Positions 1 through 9,059 are shown, numbered from the stretch's first letter. The stretch: 32,000 nucleotides of DNA from Delftia acidovorans NBRC 14950 (GCF_001598795.1 NZ_BCZP01000008.1:270001-302000); one strand, 5' to 3'. Translations and numbers: made by a program. The notes: generated by a model from the sequence alone, not told the origin.

Positions 1-1292
1 AAAAAGGCATCCAGACAGCGGGTGTCGGCAAGTTCCAATATCGGCTGTTCGTCATCTTCGGGCTGGTCTGGCTGGCCGATGCCATGCAGGTGCTGTCCAT
101 CGGCTTCAGCGCGCCGTCCATTGCCAAGACCTTCGGCAAGACCGTGCCCGAGGCGCTGCAGACCGGCACCTTCTTCTTCATCGGCATGCTGATCGGCGCC
201 TTCGTCTTCGGCCGCCTGGCCGACCGCATCGGGCGCCGCCCGGTGCTGATGATGGCCGTGGTGATCGACGCCTTCGCGGGCGTGGCCTCGGCCTTTGCGC
301 CCGAGTTCGCCTGGCTGCTGGTGCTGCGCTTCATCACCGGCATCGGCGTGGGCGGCACGCTGCCCGTGGACTACACCATGATGGCCGAGTTCCTGCCCAG
401 CGACCGCCGCGGCCGCTGGCTGGTGCTGCTGGAATCGTTCTGGGCCGTGGGCACCATCTTCCTGGCCATCCTGGCGCTGGTGGCCGTGTCCTGGGGCGAC
501 GATGCCTGGCGCGTGATCTTCTTCGTGACCGGACTGCCGGCGCTGATCGGCGTGGTGCTGCGCTTCTACATCCCCGAGTCGCCCATGTTCCTCAACCGCA
601 ACGGCAAGTCCGAGGAGGCGCGCAAGGTGCTGCAGCGGGTGGCCAAGGTCAACGGCACCACCGCGGACATCCCCGCCCTGCAGCCTGAAAAGCAGGAGCG
701 CAAATCCATCCTCGCGCTGTTCAACGGCGACCTGCGCCGCCGCAGCCTCTCGCTGTTCCTGGCCTGGGCGCTGATCTCCATCGCCTACTACGGTGTCTTC
801 GTCTACCTGCCTGTCAAGCTCAGCAGCGAGGGCTTCGCCTTCATGCGCGGCCAGGTCTTCCTGGTGGTGCTGGCCCTGGTGCAACTGCCCGGCTTTGCGC
901 TGTCGGCCTATGGCGTGGAGCGCTGGGGCCGCAAGCCCACGCTGATCGGCTTTTTGCTGCTCAGCGCCGTCGGCTGCATGTTCTACAGCCTGGGCTCGTC
1001 GCCCTTCGTGGTCATCGGCTCCACCCTGCTGATGAGCTTCTCGCTGCTGGGCACCTGGGGCGCGCTGTATGCGTTCACCCCCGAGGTCTACCCCACCGAC
1101 CTGCGTGCCAGCGGCATGGGCATGGCCGGCGCCGTGGCGCGCTTCGGCGGCCTGTTCGCCCCGGCCATCATTGCGCCCATCATGGCCACCCACTTCACCC
1201 TGGCGCTGGCCGTGCTGTCCGCCATGCTGGTGGGCGGTGCCCTGTCGATCTGGGCCGTGGATGTGGAATCGCGCAACCGGGCGCTGGATTGA
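1..1292 (+). CDS. MFS transporter (sugar-porter/SV2-like metabolite transporter), 5' end cut by window edge
   Basis: Frame 3 is open from nt 3 (KGIQTAGVGKFQYRLFVIFGLVWLADAMQ...), so the listed ATG at 84 is internal. MFS signature GRLADRIGRRPVLM, PESPMFL after the sixth hydrophobic segment, second-half repeat GVERWGRKPT. Strong GC3 codon bias. Confidence 0.85.
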   Translation, partial: KGIQTAGVGKFQYRLFVIFGLVWLADAMQVLSIGFSAPSIAKTFGKTVPEALQTGTFFFIGMLIGAFVFGRLADRIGRRPVLMMAVVIDAFAGVASAFAPEFAWLLVLRFITGIGVGGTLPVDYTMMAEFLPSDRRGRWLVLLESFWAVGTIFLAILALVAVSWGDDAWRVIFFVTGLPALIGVVLRFYIPESPMFLNRNGKSEEARKVLQRVAKVNGTTADIPALQPEKQERKSILALFNGDLRRRSLSLFLAWALISIAYYGVFVYLPVKLSSEGFAFMRGQVFLVVLALVQLPGFALSAYGVERWGRKPTLIGFLLLSAVGCMFYSLGSSPFVVIGSTLLMSFSLLGTWGALYAFTPEVYPTDLRASGMGMAGAVARFGGLFAPAIIAPIMATHFTLALAVLSAMLVGGALSIWAVDVESRNRALD

Positions 1293-1314
1293 CGCCGAGG
1301 AAGAACTTCGACTT

Positions 1315-1344
1315 AAAAAGGCCTGCGCAAGCAGGCCTTTTTTC
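1315..1344. terminator. Rho-independent, potentially bidirectional terminator
   Basis: AAAAA-GGCCTGC-gcaa-GCAGGCC-TTTTTT: perfect 7-bp GC stem (1320-1326/1331-1337), 4-nt loop, A5 upstream and T6 downstream, 23 nt after the MFS stop. Confidence 0.75.
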
Positions 1345-1522
1345 ATGGGGTCCCCAAATGAGGATCAGGCCTTTTTCGAAGGCAGGGCGTGCGGATTGTC
1401 CGATTTGCTGGAGAACATCCATGGACTGAAGCTCCTGTGAGCTCAACCGGTCCATGCGACACAATGACTGCTCCTGGCGCAAGCAATTCGCTGCGCCATA
1501 TATCCAGCGGAGCCTTGTTCTC

Positions 1523-1957
1523 ATGTCATTGAATGGCAGCTATCGCAGGCATGGCCTGGTCGCCACGGCAATCCTGGTTGTGCTCTGCCTTTCAGTGCTG
1601 GTCGCTCCTCGAAAGGCGATGGCCAACCAGGAAGAACCAGTGGTTTTGCTCGGCTCGATCCATCGTTCGGTCGGAGAAGGGCAAACCATGGGCTGCGAGA
1701 AAATTACGCTGCGGCCCAAGGATGTCATCCGTTATTTCTCCACGGCAACCGAGGTTTCCTTCTCCACCTTCCACTATGAATCGATCATTCTGCCTTGCGC
1801 CTTCAGTGGGAAGCTGCGGCGCAATGGCGTGGTCTATGGGTGGAGCATCAATGCAGCAGGCGCCGGGTATCTCTATCCGGAAGATGGGCGTGAGAATCTG
1901 TTTTTTCTTTGCTATAGGTCGTGCGCAAAGGCACTGCCTGGGTTGATGGGGCTTTGA
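1523..1957 (+). CDS. Hypothetical secreted Cys-containing small protein (144 aa) in a low-GC islet
   Basis: ATG at 1523 has GGAG about 10 nt upstream. Sec-type signal MSLNGSYRRHGLVATAILVVLCLSVLVAPRKAMA|NQ; the mature ~110 aa carry 4 Cys. Codon usage lacks the GC3 bias of its neighbours. I recognise no family. The listed ATG at 1454 has no SD and would bury the signal peptide. Confidence 0.55.
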   Translation: MSLNGSYRRHGLVATAILVVLCLSVLVAPRKAMANQEEPVVLLGSIHRSVGEGQTMGCEKITLRPKDVIRYFSTATEVSFSTFHYESIILPCAFSGKLRRNGVVYGWSINAAGAGYLYPEDGRENLFFLCYRSCAKALPGLMGL

Positions 1958-2018
1958 CGGCGAGGGCCCAAGCCCTTTGAGATCGCCTGGCAGCCATCCT
2001 CATGAAAACAGGGGCTCT

Positions 2019-2510
2019 TCAATCCGCCTCGCCACCTTCCAGCATCTTCTTGAGCAGAAAATCCAGCGCCAGGCGCTCGGCCGGATTGAGCCTGCCGTAG
2101 GTGCTTTCGGTGATCTGCTTGGCGAAGGGCTCCATGTCGCGCACCAGGTCCTGGCCGGCCTCGGTGAGGTTGATGACGACCTTGCGGCGGTCGATGCGGT
2201 CATGGTCCACCTGCACCAGTTCGCGCTGCTTGAGCCGGTCCACCACGCCGCGGATGGTGGCCTGGTCGATCACGGTGGCCTTGACGATGTCGGCCAGCGA
2301 GCTGCCGCTGTTGTCGCGCACGGAGCACAGCACCACGAATTGCGCGGCCGTGAGCTGCGAGTCGGGAATGTATTGCTGGAACAGTGCAGTGTGGCGCTGA
2401 TAGACACGCCGCAGCAGGTGGCCGATCTGGTCTGAAAAATGATAGCCATCCTGTGGCGTCATGGCTGATGGCTGGTGGTTCATGGTGCGCGTGAGCTTAT
2501 CAAAATTCAT
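2019..2510 (-). CDS. MarR-family transcriptional regulator
   Basis: 163 aa. Winged-HTH core LTAAQFVVLCSVRDNSGSSLADIVKATVIDQATIRGVVDRLKQRELVQVDHDRIDRRKVVINLTEAG is typical MarR. Start uncertain: in-frame ATGs at 2510, 2483 and 2462, none with a good SD. Confidence 0.85.
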   Translation of the reverse strand: MNFDKLTRTMNHQPSAMTPQDGYHFSDQIGHLLRRVYQRHTALFQQYIPDSQLTAAQFVVLCSVRDNSGSSLADIVKATVIDQATIRGVVDRLKQRELVQVDHDRIDRRKVVINLTEAGQDLVRDMEPFAKQITESTYGRLNPAERLALDFLLKKMLEGGEAD

Positions 2511-2761
2511 ACCAAATACCGTGTGATTTGCGACAAGCCGGGCGCATTTGCCAAGTGGCGCAAACCCGCGCTGGCTGCGGCATCCGCAAGACCTGGGGCA
2601 GCAGGCGCAGCACTGCCCGGCGGCTCATTTGCCGATTGAATGGCGCAATCATCCGTTTGAATTTGACGGCTTGCCCGGCAGGCCTTGAAATGGCATGAGA
2701 GACAAAGCGCCAGCGGACCGGACCGCGCCGCTCCCCACAACGAAAGCCAGCAGGGACACCC

Positions 2762-4951
2762 ATGCCAGCCACACAAGGGAAGATCATTCCCATTGCCGTC
2801 ATCAATGCCGCTGTTGCCGGCAGCGCACTCGGCGCCCATGAGCGCGAGGCCGTCGAGCACGCCATTGCCGTCCACGCCCGGCGCCCCGGCCCCCTGATCG
2901 AGTTGCTGCACGCCGTGCAGGACATGCTGGGCCATATCCCCGAAGCCGCCGTGCCGCGCATTGCCGATGCGCTGAACCTCTCGCGTGCCGAGGTGCATGG
3001 CGTCATCTCCTACTACCCCCATTTCCGCAGCACGCCAGCGGGCCGCCATGTGCTGCAGGTCTGCCGCGCCGAGGCCTGCCAGTCGCGCGGTGCGGATGCG
3101 CTGCTGACCCACGCAGGCCAGGCGCTGGGCTGCGGATCGAGTGGGCACGGGCATGGGCATGCAACCAGTGCCGATGGCGCCGTCACGCTGGAGCCGGTCT
3201 ACTGCCTGGGCCTGTGCGCGTCATCGCCTGCCGTGATGCTCGATGGCCAGCCCCATGCGCATGTCTCGGCCAACGGACTGGATGCACTCATCGCGCAATG
3301 CCGCCAGCCGGAGCAGGCCGGCGAGCCGGTGGCGCAGCCTGCGCATGCAGGGACAGGGGCAGGGGCAGGCTCCGGCGTGCGCGTCTACGTGCCCCGCGAT
3401 GCCGCCGCGCTGGCCGTGGGCGCTGACGCCGTGGCCGGCGCCCTGCAGCGCGAGTGCGCGGCGCGCGGCCTTCAGGTGCAGATCGTGCGCAACGGCTCGC
3501 GCGGCCTGCTGTGGCTGGAGACCCTGGTGGAGGTCGAGACGCCCGAAGGCCGCGTGGCCTACGGCCCGGTCACGGCCGATGCGGTGCCGGGCCTGATCGA
3601 TGCCGGAATGCTGCAGGGCGGCAGCCATGCGCTGTGCCATGGACTGACCGAGGCCATTGCCTACCTGGCGCGCCAGGAGCGCCTGACCTTTGCGCGCGTG
3701 GGCGTCATCGATCCGCTGAACCTGTCCGACTATGCGGCCCATGGCGGTTGGCAGGGGCTGGAGCGCGCGGCGCGCATGGAGCCCGCGGCCATCGTGCAGG
3801 AGGTGCTGGATTCGGGCCTGCGCGGCCGTGGCGGTGCGGCGTTTCCGGCCGGCATCAAGTGGAAGACCGTGGCCGCCGCAGCGGGGCCGCAAAAGTACAT
3901 TGCCTGCAACGCCGACGAGGGCGACTCGGGCACCTTCGCCGATCGGCTGCTGATGGAAGGCGATCCCTACACGCTGATCGAAGGCATGGCCATCGCTGGC
4001 CTGGCCGTGGGCGCCACGCAGGGCCTTGTCTATGTGCGCAGCGAGTATCCGCATGCCATCGCCACCCTGCGCGAAGCCATTGCGCGCGCCGAGGCCGCAG
4101 GCTGGCTGGGCCGCGACGTGGCCGGCAGCGGGCGGGCCTTCCACATGGAGGTGCGCAAGGGCGCGGGCAGCTATGTCTGCGGCGAGGAAACGGCCATGCT
4201 GGAGAGCATCGAGGGCCGGCGCGGCATTGTGCGCGCCAAGCCGCCGCTGCCGGCCATAGCGGGGCTGTGGGGCCGGCCCACGGTGATCAACAACGTGATC
4301 ACGCTGGCCACGGTGCCGCTGATCCTGGCGCGCGGCGCGGCTTTCTACCAGGGCTTCGGCATGGGCCGCTCGCGCGGCACCCTGCCGTTCCAGCTGGCCG
4401 GCAACATTGCGCGCGGAGGGCTGGTGGAAAAGGCCTTCGGCCTGAGCCTGCGCGAGCTGGTGGAAGACTTCGGCGGCGGCACGGCCACCGGCCGCGCCAT
4501 CAAGGCCGTGCAGGTGGGCGGCCCGCTGGGCAGCTATGTGGCGCCGGCCGACTGGGATGCGCCGCTGGACTACGAGGCCTATGCCGCCAAGGGCAACGTG
4601 GTGGGACACGGCGGCATCGTCGTGCATGACGACACGGCCGACATGGCGCAGCTGGCGCGCTACGCCATGGAGTTCTGCGCCATCGAGTCCTGCGGCAAGT
4701 GCACGCCCTGCCGCATCGGCTCCACGCGCGGCGTGGAGGTCATCGACCGCATCGTGCGCACCGGCACCGACCCTGCCGCCCACGCCGGCCACGCCGGCCA
4801 GGTGGCCCTGCTGGAAAGCCTGTGCGACACCATGCAGCACGGCTCCATGTGCGCCATGGGCGGGATGACGCCGTATCCCGTGCGCTCGGCGCTGACTCAC
4901 TACCCCCAGGACTTCGGCATCGAGTCCACCACGGCCGCAGCGGCTGCCTGA
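2762..4951 (+). CDS. fdsGB: NAD-dependent formate dehydrogenase diaphorase subunit, fused gamma (NuoE-like) and beta (NuoF-like) modules
   Basis: The N-terminal ~165 aa have the NuoE/FdsG 2Fe-2S pattern (VCRAEAC ... VYCLGLC). A low-complexity linker follows (GHGHGH, AGTGAGAGSG). Then an FdsB-type region with the NuoF FMN/NAD motifs (GRGGAAFPAGIKW, ACNADEGDSGTF, YVCGEETAMLESIEG) and a C-terminal 4Fe-4S motif (ESCGKCTPCR). AGGGA SD before the ATG; GGAGA SD of fdsA lies 12 nt downstream. Confidence 0.85.
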   Translation: MPATQGKIIPIAVINAAVAGSALGAHEREAVEHAIAVHARRPGPLIELLHAVQDMLGHIPEAAVPRIADALNLSRAEVHGVISYYPHFRSTPAGRHVLQVCRAEACQSRGADALLTHAGQALGCGSSGHGHGHATSADGAVTLEPVYCLGLCASSPAVMLDGQPHAHVSANGLDALIAQCRQPEQAGEPVAQPAHAGTGAGAGSGVRVYVPRDAAALAVGADAVAGALQRECAARGLQVQIVRNGSRGLLWLETLVEVETPEGRVAYGPVTADAVPGLIDAGMLQGGSHALCHGLTEAIAYLARQERLTFARVGVIDPLNLSDYAAHGGWQGLERAARMEPAAIVQEVLDSGLRGRGGAAFPAGIKWKTVAAAAGPQKYIACNADEGDSGTFADRLLMEGDPYTLIEGMAIAGLAVGATQGLVYVRSEYPHAIATLREAIARAEAAGWLGRDVAGSGRAFHMEVRKGAGSYVCGEETAMLESIEGRRGIVRAKPPLPAIAGLWGRPTVINNVITLATVPLILARGAAFYQGFGMGRSRGTLPFQLAGNIARGGLVEKAFGLSLRELVEDFGGGTATGRAIKAVQVGGPLGSYVAPADWDAPLDYEAYAAKGNVVGHGGIVVHDDTADMAQLARYAMEFCAIESCGKCTPCRIGSTRGVEVIDRIVRTGTDPAAHAGHAGQVALLESLCDTMQHGSMCAMGGMTPYPVRSALTHYPQDFGIESTTAAAAA

Positions 4952-4963
4952 ACGGAGAACACC

Positions 4964-7900
4964 ATGCTCGACCATTTGAAGCAAGCCGACTGGGGCACGC
5001 CCGCCAGCCCGTCCGAACGCCTGATCACCCTGGAGATCGACGGCCGCGAGGTCTGCGTTCCCGAGGGCACATCGCTGATGCGCGCTGCCATGGAAGGCGG
5101 CGTCAGCGTGCCCAAGCTGTGCGCCACCGACAGCCTGGAGCCCTTCGGCTCCTGCCGCCTGTGCCTGGTGCAGATTGAAGGCCGCAAGGGCTTTCCGGCC
5201 TCGTGCACCACGCCGGCCGAGCCGGGCATGAAGGTGCGCACGCAAAGCCCGCAACTGCAGGAGCTGCGCCGCGGCGTGATGGAGCTGTACATCTCCGACC
5301 ATCCGCTGGACTGCCTGACCTGCAGCGCCAACGGCGACTGCGAACTGCAGGACATGGCCGGCACCGTGGGCCTGCGCGAGGTGCGCTACGGCTTCGACGG
5401 CGCCAACCATTTCAAGGGCCAGGCGCGCGCCGAGGTCGATGTCTCCAACCCGTACTTCAGCTACGACCCCAGCAAGTGCATCGTCTGCAACCGCTGCGTG
5501 CGCGCCTGCGAGGAGACGCAGGGCACCTTTGCGCTGACCATCTCGGGCCGGGGGTTCGAATCGCGCGTCACGGCGGGGCAGGGCGGCAGCTTCATGGACA
5601 GCGACTGCGTCAGCTGCGGCGCCTGCGTGCAGGCCTGCCCCACGGCCACGCTGCAGGAAAAGACCGTGACCGAGCTGGGCCAGGCCGGGCACAGCGCCAT
5701 CACCACCTGCGCCTACTGCGGCGTGGGCTGCGGCTTCAAGGCCGAGATGAAGGGCGAGCAGGTCGTGCGCATGGTGCCCTGGAAGGATGGTCAGGCCAAC
5801 GAGGGCCATGCCTGCGTCAAGGGCCGCTTTGCCTGGGGCTATGCCACGCACAAGGACCGCATCACCCGGCCCATGGTCCGCGCGAAGATCTCCGACCCCT
5901 GGCGCGAAGTGAGCTGGGAAGAGGCCATTGCCCACACGGCCCGCGAGTTCCGCCGCATCCAGGCGAAGCACGGCAAGGATTCCATTGGCGGCATCACCTC
6001 CTCGCGTTGCACCAATGAAGAGGCCTACCTGGTGCAAAAGCTGGTGCGCACGGCCTTCGGCAACAACAACGTCGATACCTGCGCGCGCGTGTGCCACTCG
6101 CCCACGGGCTATGGCCTGGGCCAGACCTATGGCACCTCGGCCGGCACGCAGACCTTCAAGTCCATCGAGCACACGGACGTGGTCATGGTCATCGGCGCCA
6201 ACCCCACGGCCGCGCACCCGGTGTTCGGCTCGCGCATGAAAAAGCGCTTGCGCGGCGACGGCCGGCGTGCAGGCGCCAAGCTCATCGTCATCGACCCGCG
6301 CGAGATCGAGCTCGTCAAGTCGCCCCACATCCGCGCCGACTACCACCTGCAACTGCGGCCCGGCACCAACGTGGCCATGATCACCTCGCTGGCCCATGTC
6401 ATCGTCACCGAAGGCTGGCTGGCCGAGGACTACATCGCCGAGCGCTGCGATGCCAAGTCCTTCGCCCAGTGGAAGGAATTCGTGGCCCGGCCCGAGAACT
6501 CGCCCGAGGCCATGGCCGAGGTCACCGGGGTGGCGCCTGACCTGGTGCGCGGCGCCGCGCGCCTGTATGCGCTGGGTGCCGAGGACCATCCAGCGGGCCG
6601 CCCCGTCAACGCGGCCATCTACTACGGCCTGGGCGTGACCGAGCATGCGCAGGGCTCGACCATGGTCATGGGCATCGCCAACCTGGCCATGGCCACGGGC
6701 AACGTGGGCCGCGAAGGCGTGGGCGTGAACCCGCTGCGCGGCCAGAACAATGTGCAGGGCTCCTGCGACATGGGCTCCTTCCCGCACGAGCTGCCCGGCT
6801 ACCGCCACATCTCGGACAGCACGGTGCGCGCCGAGTTCGAGGACGCCTGGGGCGTCGCACTCAGCCCCGAGCCCGGCCTGCGCATTCCCAACATGTTCGA
6901 GGCGGCCCTGGCCGGCAGCTTCATGGGCCTGTACTGCGAGGGCGAGGACATCGTGCAGTCCGACCCCAACACGCAGCATGTGACGGCCGCGCTCTCGGCC
7001 ATGGAATGCGTGGTGGTGCAGGACATCTTCCTCAACGAAACCGCCAAGTACGCCCATGTCTTCCTGCCGGGCGCTTCCTTCCTCGAAAAGGACGGCACCT
7101 TCACCAATGCCGAGCGCCGCATCTCGCGCGTGCGCAAGGTCATGGCGCCGCTGGCCGGCCATGCCGATTGGGAGGTCACCCAGCTGCTGGCCAATGCGCT
7201 GGGCTACGCCATGCACTACAAGCACCCGAGCGAGATCATGGCCGAGATCGCCGCGCTCACGCCCAGCTTCGCGGGCGTGAACTACGACAAGATCGACCGG
7301 CTGGGCAGCGTGCAATGGCCCTGCAATGACAGCACCGAAGAGGCCGGCACTTCCATCATGCACAGGGACCGCTTCGTGCGCGGCAAGGGCCGCTTCATCA
7401 TCACCCAGTACGTGGCCACCGACGAGAAGGTCACCCAGCGCTTTCCGCTGCTGCTGACCACGGGCCGCATCCTGTCTCAGTACAACGTGGGCGCCCAGAC
7501 CCGGCGCACGCACAACAGCCACTGGCACAGCGAGGACCGGCTGGAAATCCATCCGCATGACGCCGAGGACCGCGGCATACGCGACGGCGACTGGGTCGGC
7601 ATCGCCAGCCGCGCGGGCGAGACCGTGCTGCGCGCCACCGTCACCGAGCGCATACAGCCCGGCGTGGTCTACACCACCTTCCACTTTCCCGAATCCGGCG
7701 CCAACGTCATCACCACCGACAGCTCGGACTGGGCCACCAACTGTCCCGAATACAAGGTCACGGCCGTGCAGGTGCTGCCCGTCCCCCAGCACGCCCAGCC
7801 GTCCGACTGGCAGCGCGGCTTTGCGCGCATGCATGAAGAGCAGATCGGCCTGTTGCAAGCCGCGCAGGCAGGCAGCATGGCCGTGGCGGGAGGCAAGTGA
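4964..7900 (+). CDS. fdsA: NAD-dependent formate dehydrogenase catalytic alpha subunit (Mo/W-bisPGD, cysteine type)
   Basis: 978 aa. N-terminal 2Fe-2S (CATDSLEPFGSCRLC), His-ligated cluster motif (HPLDCLTCSANGDC), two ferredoxin 4Fe-4S motifs (CIVCNRCVRACEE, CVSCGACVQACP), MopB 4Fe-4S (CAYCGVGCG). Active-site CARVCHSPTG has a TGC Cys codon at 6092-6094, not TGA/Sec. Confidence 0.95.
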   Translation: MLDHLKQADWGTPASPSERLITLEIDGREVCVPEGTSLMRAAMEGGVSVPKLCATDSLEPFGSCRLCLVQIEGRKGFPASCTTPAEPGMKVRTQSPQLQELRRGVMELYISDHPLDCLTCSANGDCELQDMAGTVGLREVRYGFDGANHFKGQARAEVDVSNPYFSYDPSKCIVCNRCVRACEETQGTFALTISGRGFESRVTAGQGGSFMDSDCVSCGACVQACPTATLQEKTVTELGQAGHSAITTCAYCGVGCGFKAEMKGEQVVRMVPWKDGQANEGHACVKGRFAWGYATHKDRITRPMVRAKISDPWREVSWEEAIAHTAREFRRIQAKHGKDSIGGITSSRCTNEEAYLVQKLVRTAFGNNNVDTCARVCHSPTGYGLGQTYGTSAGTQTFKSIEHTDVVMVIGANPTAAHPVFGSRMKKRLRGDGRRAGAKLIVIDPREIELVKSPHIRADYHLQLRPGTNVAMITSLAHVIVTEGWLAEDYIAERCDAKSFAQWKEFVARPENSPEAMAEVTGVAPDLVRGAARLYALGAEDHPAGRPVNAAIYYGLGVTEHAQGSTMVMGIANLAMATGNVGREGVGVNPLRGQNNVQGSCDMGSFPHELPGYRHISDSTVRAEFEDAWGVALSPEPGLRIPNMFEAALAGSFMGLYCEGEDIVQSDPNTQHVTAALSAMECVVVQDIFLNETAKYAHVFLPGASFLEKDGTFTNAERRISRVRKVMAPLAGHADWEVTQLLANALGYAMHYKHPSEIMAEIAALTPSFAGVNYDKIDRLGSVQWPCNDSTEEAGTSIMHRDRFVRGKGRFIITQYVATDEKVTQRFPLLLTTGRILSQYNVGAQTRRTHNSHWHSEDRLEIHPHDAEDRGIRDGDWVGIASRAGETVLRATVTERIQPGVVYTTFHFPESGANVITTDSSDWATNCPEYKVTAVQVLPVPQHAQPSDWQRGFARMHEEQIGLLQAAQAGSMAVAGGK

Positions 7901-8142
7901 TGGACAGCGCGAACCTGGTCCGCATGGCCAACCGCATCGGCGAGTTCTTCGAGGCCATGCCCGAGCGCGACGAGGCCCTGCAGGGCATTGCCGAACACAT
8001 CCGCAAATTCTGGGAGCCCCGCATGCGCGCCGAACTGGCCCGCGTGCTGGCCAGCCCCGACGAGGCGCAGGCGCTCAAGCCCATCGTGCGCGAGGCGCTG
8101 ATGCTGCATCCGCTGACCTTGCCGTCGGCGGCGCAGGCTTAG
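7900..8142 (+). CDS. fdsD: Formate dehydrogenase delta subunit (FdsD family)
   Basis: 80 aa, MDSANLVRMANRIGEFFEAMPERDEALQGIAEHIRKFWEPRMR matches my memory of FdsD. The ATG at 7900 shares one nt with the fdsA TGA (GTGATG); a GTG at 7897 is an alternative start. Confidence 0.8.
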   Translation: MDSANLVRMANRIGEFFEAMPERDEALQGIAEHIRKFWEPRMRAELARVLASPDEAQALKPIVREALMLHPLTLPSAAQA

Positions 8143-9023
8143 CCAAAGCGCTTCTTCCTCGCCATCTCCCGCGCCAGCGCCACAAAGCCTGCGGCCGCTG
8201 GCGACAGCCGCTCCATGCTGCGCACGGCCAAGCCGGTGACGCGGCGCTGGCGGGGCGAGAGGCTGCGGTAGACCATGCCTTCAGGCGCCTGCTCGGGCAC
8301 GGCCAGGCGTGCGGCAATGGCAATGGCGTGGCCTTGGGCCACGAAGCCCTGCATGGAGGACATCTGCTCGAAGTGGTAGATGGCCGCAGGCTGGGCGCCG
8401 GCCTCGGCCAGGAAGCGGTCGATGTGCGCGCCCGACCCGGCCGAGGTGCGCACAAAGGCCTCGCCCTGCAGGTCGGCGGCGCGGATGCTGCGCTGGGCCG
8501 CCAGCCGGTGCGATGCGGGCAGCAGCGCCACCAGTTCGTCTTCCACCAGGGGTACGGTCTCGAAGCGCTCGTCGGGCAGCACGACGAAGCCGATCTCCAC
8601 GCGCCGCTCCAGCAGCCACTTGACCACGGTGTCGTCGTTTTGCTCGTCGATCTGCACCAGTACGGCGGGCTGGCGCCGCCGGTATTCGGTGATCAGCGGG
8701 GGCAGCAGCCGCAGCGAAGAGGTGGCGCCGAACGAGGCCACGCGCAGCGTGCCGCGCGCCATGCCGCGCTCGGCATCGGCCTCCTGCCGCAAGGCCTCCT
8801 TTTGCTGGAGGATGTCGTTGGCGCGCTGCAGCAGCCGCGTGCCTGCGTCGGTCAGCGGGGAGTGAGGGCCTTCGCGCCGCACCAACTGCACCTGCAGCTC
8901 GCCTTCCAGCGCGCGCAGGGCATGGCTGACGGCGCTCTGGGTAATGCCCAGCAGCGCGGCCGCGCGCGAGAAACTGCCGGCACGGGCCAGCGCCGCGAAC
9001 ACTTCGAGCTGGGTGAAGGTCAT
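8139..9023 (-). CDS. LysR-family transcriptional regulator
   Basis: 294 aa. N-terminal HTH MTFTQLEVFAALARAGSFSRAAALLGITQSAVSHALRALE plus a LysR substrate-binding-type C-terminal region. Divergent from the EamA gene; its stop overlaps the fdsD stop by 2 nt. Confidence 0.9.
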   Translation of the reverse strand: MTFTQLEVFAALARAGSFSRAAALLGITQSAVSHALRALEGELQVQLVRREGPHSPLTDAGTRLLQRANDILQQKEALRQEADAERGMARGTLRVASFGATSSLRLLPPLITEYRRRQPAVLVQIDEQNDDTVVKWLLERRVEIGFVVLPDERFETVPLVEDELVALLPASHRLAAQRSIRAADLQGEAFVRTSAGSGAHIDRFLAEAGAQPAAIYHFEQMSSMQGFVAQGHAIAIAARLAVPEQAPEGMVYRSLSPRQRRVTGLAVRSMERLSPAAAGFVALAREMARKKRFG

Positions 9024-9043
9024 AGGATCACGGTGTCCAGGTC

Positions 9044-9059
9044 ATGAGCATTCGCTCAT
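9044..9059. promoter_or_regulatory. Candidate LysR-type operator (palindrome) in the LysR/EamA divergent region
   Basis: ATGAGC-attc-GCTCAT, perfect 6-bp arms, 21 nt upstream of the LysR ATG. A further half-site copy ATGAGCA lies at about 9076-9082. Confidence 0.4.

Noticed and set aside
2511-2761. Possible Moco or other riboswitch in the long leader region upstream of the formate dehydrogenase operon
   Set aside because: I could not draw a conserved multi-stem structure or recall matching conserved nucleotides by eye. A covariance-model search (Infernal/Rfam) would be needed, so I make no claim.
5553-5562. GGTTCGAATC, a tRNA T-arm-like motif
   Set aside because: It lies inside fdsA, where it codes for GFES in ...GRGFESRV.... 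No acceptor or anticodon stems can be drawn around it.
3221-7858. 1545-aa ORF on the minus strand, the longest ORF in the window
   Set aside because: It lies exactly antisense to the well-supported fdsGB and fdsA genes. The translation is low-complexity Ala/Gly/Arg/His-rich with no recognisable motifs. Long stop-free antisense frames are an expected artefact of GC3-rich coding sequence.
7557-9047. 496-aa plus-strand ORF spanning the end of fdsA, fdsD and the LysR locus
   Set aside because: It overlaps three better-supported genes, in a different frame or antisense. The composition is Pro/Arg/Ala-rich and it has no motifs.
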